Positions 26,983 to 33,085 of a stretch of DNA of 33,085 nt are shown here, piece after piece; position 1 is the first letter of the stretch, and every line of letters begins with the position of its first letter. The translations under genes were made by a program, and so were the position numbers. Source of the stretch: an uncultured bacterium (lineage in GTDB: Bacteria; Lernaellota; Lernaellaia; Lernaellales; Lernaellaceae); the NCBI GenBank assembly GCA_964534375.1, contig CAZHPN010000055.1, positions 1 through 33,085 of the forward strand, read 5' to 3'. Below the pieces are notes generated by a model, which saw nothing but the letters and a program-made list of their open reading frames with translations, was not told the DNA's origin and did no database searches.

Positions 26983-27122
26983 CGGGAATCGGGATCCGGG
27001 GTGCGGGAATCGGGATTCGGGTTCCGGGGTCCGGGGTCCGGGGTCCAGGGTTCGGGGTCGGGGGTTCGGGGCGCGGCGTTTGGCAATCCGCAATCCGCAT
27101 TCCGCATTCCGCATTCCGCATT
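26983..27122. repeat. 20 consecutive heptamers in one register (CGGGNNN block then CCGCATT block)
   Basis: 140 nt filling nearly the whole gap between the heptosyltransferase stop (27128) and the GT4 RBS. Confidence 0.95.
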
Positions 27123-27127
27123 GCCGG

Positions 27128-28159
27128 TCATAGTTTTTCCAGCAACTGCGCCGCGGCGGTGTAGACCTGGGCCACGGCGATGCCGTCGACGGCGCGGCTT
27201 TGCGAAAACGGCTCGAACGGCTCGACGGCGCGCACGTTCGGACCGAGCGGCGCGACCCGGCGCGGATCGGTCGGGCCGAACAGCCCGACGACCGCGGCGC
27301 CCATTGCCGCCGCGATGTGCATCGGGCCGGAATCGTTGCCGACATACATCACGCATTTGCTGAGCAAATGCGCCAGTTCCTTCAGACTCGTGCGCGGCGC
27401 GACGAGCGCCTCGCGTTTCATCGCCCGGCGCACGGCGGCCACCGCCGGTTCTTCGCCCGGACCCCAAATCAGCAGCGGCTTCACGCCGAACGTCTCGACC
27501 AGCCGGTCCGCCACGGCGGCGAACCGGTCGGCGGGCCAGACCTTGCGCGGCAGGCTGGCGGCCGGGTTGATCGCCACGACCGGCCGGCCGGCGGGCACGT
27601 CGTCGATGAAGAACTCGTCGGCGACGCGCATTTTGTCCGCCGGAATGAAGGTCGCCGGCGGCGGCGGCGCGACCGTCGGGTCGACGCCCAGCGGCGCAAG
27701 CAGCGCCAGGTAGCGCCGGACCATGTGATAATCGGCCTCGCGCGGCCGGACCCACTTGTTCATGAACAGGAAATTTCCCTCGCGCGGCCGGCCGACGCCG
27801 ATGCGCAGCGGCGCCCCCGAACGCAGGGTGAAAAAGCCCGATTTGAAGAGATTTTGCAGATCGACCGCCGCGTCGTAGCCCACCGCGCGCACGGCGGCGA
27901 CGACCTCGCGGATCGTCGACCACGCCGCGCCGACCTGCCCTTTTTTCATATCGGCGGCCGCGGCACGGCGGTTCCAGACGTGCACGCGGTTGAGGTCCGG
28001 ATGCCCCAGCACCACTTCCTGGCTCTTCGTCTCGACCAGCCAGTCGATCTCCGCGTCCGGCCGAACAAGCCGCAACGCGCCGACCGCGGACAAGCCGTGC
28101 AGGCAATCGCCCACGGCGCCGAGTTTGACGATGAGTATTCGCTTCGGTTCCGGCGCCAA
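27128..28159 (-). CDS. Glycosyltransferase family 9, LPS heptosyltransferase (WaaC/WaaF-like)
   Basis: TTG start after GCGGAG. Motifs ILIVKLGAVGD, EIDWLVE, DLQNLFKS, KVWP, GNDSGPMHIAAA and LFGPT. Confidence 0.92.
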   Translation of the reverse strand: MAPEPKRILIVKLGAVGDCLHGLSAVGALRLVRPDAEIDWLVETKSQEVVLGHPDLNRVHVWNRRAAAADMKKGQVGAAWSTIREVVAAVRAVGYDAAVDLQNLFKSGFFTLRSGAPLRIGVGRPREGNFLFMNKWVRPREADYHMVRRYLALLAPLGVDPTVAPPPPATFIPADKMRVADEFFIDDVPAGRPVVAINPAASLPRKVWPADRFAAVADRLVETFGVKPLLIWGPGEEPAVAAVRRAMKREALVAPRTSLKELAHLLSKCVMYVGNDSGPMHIAAAMGAAVVGLFGPTDPRRVAPLGPNVRAVEPFEPFSQSRAVDGIAVAQVYTAAAQLLEKL

Positions 28160-28287
28160 CGTCGCTCCGCGTTTAGATTCTTCATGCTATGCAATTCGGT
28201 GGAGCGATGCAAATCGGCGGAGCGGAAACTTAAACACCGAGGGCACAGAGAAAACGGCCCGGCGTTAGTTGGCGGCGGTTGTCGCCG

Positions 28288-28332
28288 TAGGACGTATAGG
28301 CCCTATAGTTCGTATAGGTTCTATGAGTCCTA
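28288..28332. repeat. Nonamer array TAGGNCNTA x5
   Basis: TAGGACGTA TAGGCCCTA TAGTTCGTA TAGGTTCTA TGAGTCCTA. Confidence 0.85.
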
Positions 28333-28409
28333 TTCTCGAATTCCCACCTGCTCAGGCCGACCCGGCCCACGCGCCGCCAAAGAAAATAAGACGCCTGCTG
28401 TTTTATTTG

Positions 28410-28438
28410 GGAACTTCGCCGGCGCGGCCTTTGTCACA
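28410..28438 (+). promoter_or_regulatory. ECF (sigmaE-type) promoter
   Basis: GGAACTT-N16-GTCACA upstream of the TonB-like gene. Confidence 0.5.
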
Positions 28439-28615
28439 TTTAATGGCGACCGAATCGCACGACCGTGTCGCCCGGGTTGGCTTGGCAGCCGTGCAGCGAG
28501 CCGGTCGGCGGTTCGCCAACGGCGAACGAACGCGCCTCGGCCGAGGCGGGTTTCGAGACGCCGCCCGAGGGGGCTCTCGTCCCGCCGTCCGCGCCGCGGC
28601 GCAGGAGGGACGACG

Positions 28616-29521
28616 ATGACGGCGGCGACTTTTTCCAAGGCCCTTCCCCTGCGCAATTGGCGTTATTTCGGCGACCGCAATCTGTTGCTGGCGTTTCTGC
28701 CGTCGTTTTTGTTTCACCTCGCGCTGCTCGTGGTCGTTTCGCACATGGCGACCGGCGACGTGGTCGGGAGATATCTGGACACCGACTCGGCGACGCCGTG
28801 GGTGTTTCTGCCGCCAATCACCGACTTCAAGCCGCCGGTCGACGCTTCCGCGCCAAAAGTGAACCCGGTCGCCGGGAATTCCAAGGCGAGCGGCGCGCCG
28901 GCGGCGACCGCCCGGGCGTCGGCGAAATCGGGCGGTCTGCTAGGCGTGCTGCAAGACAATCAACAACTGCTGTCGGTGTTGACGCACGAAGGCGGCTTGA
29001 ACGCCAAGCTGCCGGGAATGAACACCGGCGCTGGACCTTTCGCCACGCCGCAAAACGGAGTGCGCCTCGCGTCGGCCGGCGACCATTCGCCCGTCATGAC
29101 GGACGCGCCGCACAGCGAGCGGATCGACATGCCGAACACGATTGGCCCCAAGGCGAGCGCTCCGATCGGCGAGCGGGCGCGCCGTGAGGTGACCTCGACG
29201 ATGCACGCGCCGCAAACAGATTCGACGGACGCCGACGCCAACCGCCTGGTCCGCGAGGCCCTGCTGGCCCGGATGCCGGCGGTCAAACACTGTTACGAGA
29301 AGGCGCTCAACGCGAACTCGAAATTGGAGGGCAAGATCACGGCGCAGGCGACGTTCGACGCGTCGGGGGCGGTGCAGTCCGCGGCGCTGTCGTACGACGG
29401 CCTCGGCGACGCCGGCGCCGCGGCGTGCATCGCCGACGCGCTGCGCAAGGCCAGAACCGCCGCGCCGCTCGGCCGGTCGATCACGGCGACCGTGCCGTAC
29501 GTCTTCGCGGCGATGAATTGA
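28616..29521 (+). CDS. TonB-like energy transducer with AgmX/PglI-type C-terminal domain (GltG-like)
   Basis: RBS AGGAGG. TM helix with SxxxH (SFLFH), low-complexity linker with GLLGVL, and C-terminal VKHCYEKAL-LEGKI...ACIADAL...PYVF. Confidence 0.82.
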   Translation: MTAATFSKALPLRNWRYFGDRNLLLAFLPSFLFHLALLVVVSHMATGDVVGRYLDTDSATPWVFLPPITDFKPPVDASAPKVNPVAGNSKASGAPAATARASAKSGGLLGVLQDNQQLLSVLTHEGGLNAKLPGMNTGAGPFATPQNGVRLASAGDHSPVMTDAPHSERIDMPNTIGPKASAPIGERARREVTSTMHAPQTDSTDADANRLVREALLARMPAVKHCYEKALNANSKLEGKITAQATFDASGAVQSAALSYDGLGDAGAAACIADALRKARTAAPLGRSITATVPYVFAAMN

Positions 29522-29565
29522 TTCGGGATCGAAGGAATGAACGGTTGAATGAATGAGGGGTTGTC

Positions 29566-29850
29566 CACAGATTACACAGATTACACAGACGAATTCATGA
29601 AATGATATTATTTCCGTGTCATCCGTACTACTATCCGCGAATTTCTTCGCTCGGCGCGAAGAATTTGGAAAGTTGAATACAACCGCAGATTACGCCGATG
29701 AACGCAGATTAGCGTGGCGGGCCGGGGCGAAATTTCGGCCGCCGAAATTTCGATTTCCCGGCCCGCAAATCTGCGCCAATCTGCGCAATCTGCGGCTAAA
29801 GAAAAATCATTTGGTTGCGGCCGAAGGCAGCGCTAAGAAATCTGCGGCTG
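29566..29850. repeat. Composite nested palindromic / nonamer repeat region between convergent genes
   Basis: CACAGATTA x2 plus CACAGAC. CGCAGATT arm (29681-29710) versus AATCTGCG arm (29768-29797), enclosing perfect stems 29717-29726/29757-29766 and 29728-29739/29741-29752. Confidence 0.85.
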
Positions 29851-29882
29851 ACCGCCAAAAATCAACCCATCCATCCCCGATC

Positions 29883-30800
29883 TCACGCCATGCCGGTGCG
29901 GTCGGTCGGCTCGAACGGATCGAAGATCTCGGTGAACGGATCGGTGCGGCGCAGATAAGCGACGTCGAGATGCGGCGAAATCCGCCGTACGGCTTCCATG
30001 TCGTTCTTCTGCGAACGGTGCGGCAGCGTATATTCGGCCGCGATCTGGGCGCACGACTTGCCGCCGAGGCACGGCTGGCGGACGTTGAAGGTCTCGGTAT
30101 AAGGCAGCGGATCGCCGCCGCCGAACATGCGATACAACCAATAGTGGTTGATGCCGAAATAGACGTTGGCGACGCGAAACGGCTCGCCCGGCAGCTTCGC
30201 CGTGCGGTCGGCCGCCAGCCGCACCGCCGCCGTGGCGAACCGCGAACCCGCCTGGTGCTCCGGGTGGCCGGTGAAACCGACGAGCGGGCAGAAGGTCAGC
30301 AGGAGATCGGGCTTGAAGTCGCGCACGGCCTTGGCGATCAGGACCGTCGGATCGCCGTGCTCGTCCACCCATTTTTGCGCGATCAAATGGCGTTTGGGAA
30401 ACGACGAGCCAGGCAGCGGCGCGTTCCAGTAATGTTCGTGCTGCAGCGTCGCGCCATAGAGTTCGGCGACCTTGCGCATTTCACGGCCGCGCGTCGTGCC
30501 CAGATCGGGTCTGCAGCCCTCGGGCGCGGCGCATTCGCCGCCATCGCCGTGCGTCAACACGAGGAAATACAGCGGGTTGCGCTGCTTCGGGCCGGCTTTG
30601 GCGAGAATCGGGCCGACCATCGATTCGTCGTCGGGATGCGGCGCGACCCACATGACGCGCGCCCCTTGCTCGATCAACCTGTCGGCCGACGATGCGGCGG
30701 ACCGCGCCGCCGGCGCCGCGTTCGCGCGTCCCGCCGCGCCGCCCACGGCCGCCAGTCCGGCCGCCGCCAACGTTCCTTTGATGAATTCACGACGTTTCAT
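29883..30800 (-). CDS. PIG-L/LmbE family deacetylase with a Tat signal peptide
   Basis: MKRREFIKG twin-arginine signal after GAGG. Motifs APHPDDE, LTHGDGG, RGREM, PDLLLTF and GHPEH. Confidence 0.88.
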   Translation of the reverse strand: MKRREFIKGTLAAAGLAAVGGAAGRANAAPAARSAASSADRLIEQGARVMWVAPHPDDESMVGPILAKAGPKQRNPLYFLVLTHGDGGECAAPEGCRPDLGTTRGREMRKVAELYGATLQHEHYWNAPLPGSSFPKRHLIAQKWVDEHGDPTVLIAKAVRDFKPDLLLTFCPLVGFTGHPEHQAGSRFATAAVRLAADRTAKLPGEPFRVANVYFGINHYWLYRMFGGGDPLPYTETFNVRQPCLGGKSCAQIAAEYTLPHRSQKNDMEAVRRISPHLDVAYLRRTDPFTEIFDPFEPTDRTGMA

Positions 30801-30916
30801 CGCCAACCTCTTGAGGAATTCCGGGATGGCAATCGGCATACGTGGCCTGCCTCGTCTCGGTTTGCGCTGGATCTTTTTTAATCCCACGCCACGCGGATGT
30901 AAAGCTGGCGCGAACT

Positions 30917-31444
30917 TCAGAACAACTTGTCCTCCTGCGCCGCGGGTTGCGGCGATTGATCCTCTTGCTGTTTCTTCTGTTGCTGCTGCTGGTAGCGCTG
31001 CATCATCTCCTCGCCGAGCTTCTGCCCCCAGTTGATGCCCGCCGTCGCCGAATCGGCCGTGATCTGCGGCAAGACGCTGATGAGTTTTTTCCCGGTGCGC
31101 GACTCGTAGAACGCCAGCAAATCCTGAATGTCTTTTTCGTCGAGATATTTGTCGTAGATCGGAATTATGATCTCGATCAACGTGTCGCCCTTGCTCGCTT
31201 CCTCAATGAAATCATCCCATAACGACGCCGGCGCGTCCGGGGTCATTTTTTTCAGTTCGCCCGCCAGTCGCCGCAGGAGTTGCAACTGCAATTCGCGCGT
31301 TCTGGTCAGTTCCAGAATCTTGCGAATATTCTTGACCTTGGCCGATTCCGGCTTGGTCTTGGCTTCCTCCGCGAACGCGGCGGCAGCGAACAGTGCGCAA
31401 ATCGTCAGCGCCAGGAAGGCCAGCAGGATCCGTTTGGCATTCAT
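30917..31444 (-). CDS. DUF2059 domain exported protein
   Basis: RBS AAAGGA, Sec signal ending AFA, IPIYDKYLDEKDIQDLLAFYESRTGKKL and a Gln-rich tail. Confidence 0.85.
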   Translation of the reverse strand: MNAKRILLAFLALTICALFAAAAFAEEAKTKPESAKVKNIRKILELTRTRELQLQLLRRLAGELKKMTPDAPASLWDDFIEEASKGDTLIEIIIPIYDKYLDEKDIQDLLAFYESRTGKKLISVLPQITADSATAGINWGQKLGEEMMQRYQQQQQKKQQEDQSPQPAAQEDKLF

Positions 31445-31732
31445 CGGGTTGTCCTTTATCAACGGGTTATGGTCGCGATGAGCCTGACCCGAACTTCATC
31501 GAAGGCCTGGAAAGGCAATTGTTGCGTTTGCATGGTTACGCGAGTCGATCATCGCTGTAAAGTCGGCAGCGTTCTCGCGATTTAATCTCAAAACACGATT
31601 GACTTGGGCCCGCGCGGTGCGCACTTATAAATTGTGGGAGGGGTGATGGGCCAGGACCGAGAGCGGCGGGTTTCCTCTCCGGGTTGCAGCGGCGTACACG
31701 AGTGAAAACCAGGGCTTGCGAGGTTCGGCAAA

Positions 31733-32083
31733 ATGGATTGGCGTAATAATCGGAAGAGCGGTCGCAGGGAAATATGGCGGATATGGATGGTCGTCAAGGC
31801 GATTCTCTGGTTGAGCCTGCCCTTCTCGCCGTCCGCGATGGCAGACCAGAGCGGCAGCGGAGAAATCGACCAAAACGACGCGGACATGGGACCGCAGGAA
31901 CATACGACCGGTTCTTCCGTCAAACAGAATTGGATTCGCGGCGCGAAAGTCGCCGGGAGCGAGGATGCAGCGTCCGCCAAGAGGGCGGCGCAATGTTTTG
32001 CGGGGGCCGCGGACGGATGGCCTCAAAATCACGCGGATCGGAGTCACCGCTTAATCACGTTCGCCAATTCGGTCGGCTGGTAG
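31733..32083 (+). CDS. Hypothetical small protein (doubtful)
   Basis: Best + strand ORF upstream of the 32138 terminator. Signal-like segment MVVKAILWLSLPFSPSAMA. No recognisable motif. Confidence 0.25.
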   Translation: MDWRNNRKSGRREIWRIWMVVKAILWLSLPFSPSAMADQSGSGEIDQNDADMGPQEHTTGSSVKQNWIRGAKVAGSEDAASAKRAAQCFAGAADGWPQNHADRSHRLITFANSVGW

Positions 32084-32137
32084 GTCGGCCGGGCGAGGAT
32101 TCGGTATTCCTCCGAGTGACGGCACGTCACGCGGCAT

Positions 32138-32171
32138 GGCGACGGTGGGTTTCCACCGCCGCCTTTTTCTT
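32138..32171 (+). terminator. Rho-independent terminator
   Basis: GGCGACGGTGG-GTTT-CCACCGCCGCC stem (1 mismatch) followed by TTTTTCTT. Confidence 0.7.
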
Positions 32172-32187
32172 GGCGCCCGCCGGCGCT

Positions 32188-32216
32188 TTGGAAATCGTGT
32201 GGAAGTCCGCTAGAAT
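32188..32216 (+). promoter_or_regulatory. Sigma70-type promoter of rluD (leaderless arrangement)
   Basis: TTGGAA-N17-TAGAAT ending 8 nt before ATG 32225. No SD is present. Confidence 0.55.
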
Positions 32217-32224
32217 GCCGCCCC

Positions 32225-33085
32225 ATGGAAACGCATCGGTTTGACGTGGGCCCCGATCACGCCGGACAGCGCCTCGACCAGGCGTTGGCGGCGCTAACGC
32301 CCGACCTTACGCGCAGTCGCGCCGGGCAAATCATCAAAGACGGCTTGGTGCAGCTCGACGGCCGCCCCGGCAAACCGGCCGCCATTCTGCGCGCCGGCCA
32401 GGTCATCACCGCGACGATACCGCCGCGCCCGACGATGGACCTCGCGCCGCAAGCGCTGCCGCTACGGATCGTTTTTGAAGACGAGCACCTGATCGTCATC
32501 GACAAAGCCGCCGGCATGGTCGTGCACCCCGCCGCAGGCAACCCCGACGGCACGCTGGTCAACGCCTTGCTGCACCACGCGCCGGCGATGGCGGACCTTG
32601 CCGGCGACGAGCGGCCGGGCATCGTCCACCGCCTCGACAAGGGCACCAGCGGGTTGCTCGTCGTCGCCAAAACCGGTCTGGCGCTGCAAGGCTTGCAACG
32701 GCAATTCGCCGGCCGCGAGGTCGCGAAAACGTACCTGGCGATCGTCCTGGGCCGGCCGGCCAAATCGGCGGGGCGCATCGAGATGGCCATCGGTCGCCAC
32801 GTGCGCGATCGCAAGAAGATCAGCAGCGTTACGGCCAAGGGCCGGCCGGCGATCACCGCCTGGCGCATCGAAGCAAGCTGCGGCGACGTGACCGCGCTCG
32901 CCTGCGACCTGCTGACCGGCCGTACCCACCAGATTCGCGTGCACTGCGCGGAAAGCGGCTGGCCGTTGGCCGGCGACGAAACCTACGGCGGCGTGCGGCC
33001 GATCCGCGACTTGCGGGATCCCGAACTGCGAGCCGCGTGCGCCGCGCACGAGCGGCCGGCGCTGCACGCGCGGCGGCTGGCGTTT
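32225..33085 (+). CDS. rluD: RluA/RluD family pseudouridine synthase with S4 domain (3' truncated by the window edge)
   Basis: Translated by hand because it is absent from the ORF track: METHRF...GQRLDQAL...RSR, EDEHLIVIDKAAGMVVHP, RPGIVHRLDKGTSGLLVVAK, TGRTHQIRVH and LHARRL. Confidence 0.93.
   Translation, partial: METHRFDVGPDHAGQRLDQALAALTPDLTRSRAGQIIKDGLVQLDGRPGKPAAILRAGQVITATIPPRPTMDLAPQALPLRIVFEDEHLIVIDKAAGMVVHPAAGNPDGTLVNALLHHAPAMADLAGDERPGIVHRLDKGTSGLLVVAKTGLALQGLQRQFAGREVAKTYLAIVLGRPAKSAGRIEMAIGRHVRDRKKISSVTAKGRPAITAWRIEASCGDVTALACDLLTGRTHQIRVHCAESGWPLAGDETYGGVRPIRDLRDPELRAACAAHERPALHARRLAF

Noticed and set aside
31703..31705. Selenocysteine codon
   Set aside because: No redox-motif context or recognisable selenoprotein family, and I cannot identify a SECIS hairpin.

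Overview
GC-rich bacterial chromosomal segment. The Asp-rich lipoprotein linker and the AgmX/PglI-type TonB-like protein suggest a deltaproteobacterial or Myxococcota-like lineage (inference). I support about 22 CDSs. The left part encodes an alpha/beta-hydrolase lipoprotein, an SGNH hydrolase, a pentapeptide-repeat/TM/TPR protein, a PAS-PAS-GGDEF-EAL protein, a DUF1566 protein, a GAF/PAS hybrid histidine kinase and a degenerate Na+/H+ antiporter-like permease. The middle holds an SDR coupled to a steroid 5-alpha-reductase-like gene, suhB and a GT-C glycosyltransferase. A ~9 kb minus-strand run follows (heptosyltransferase, GT4, O-antigen ligase, rfaE1, DUF4416, yicC, gmk, rel). The right end has a TonB/GltG-like protein, a Tat-exported PIG-L deacetylase, DUF2059 and a truncated rluD. 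I saw no tRNA, rRNA, CRISPR array, transposase or integrase. The most striking unexplained structure is a family of 7-nt (and 9-nt) periodic arrays at gene junctions. They are purine-rich at or just after stop codons and C-rich near start codons, they reuse the same few units at distant loci, and one lies in frame (15 x 7 nt) at the 5' end of a glycosyltransferase. All family assignments come from motif recognition by eye; no database search was run.
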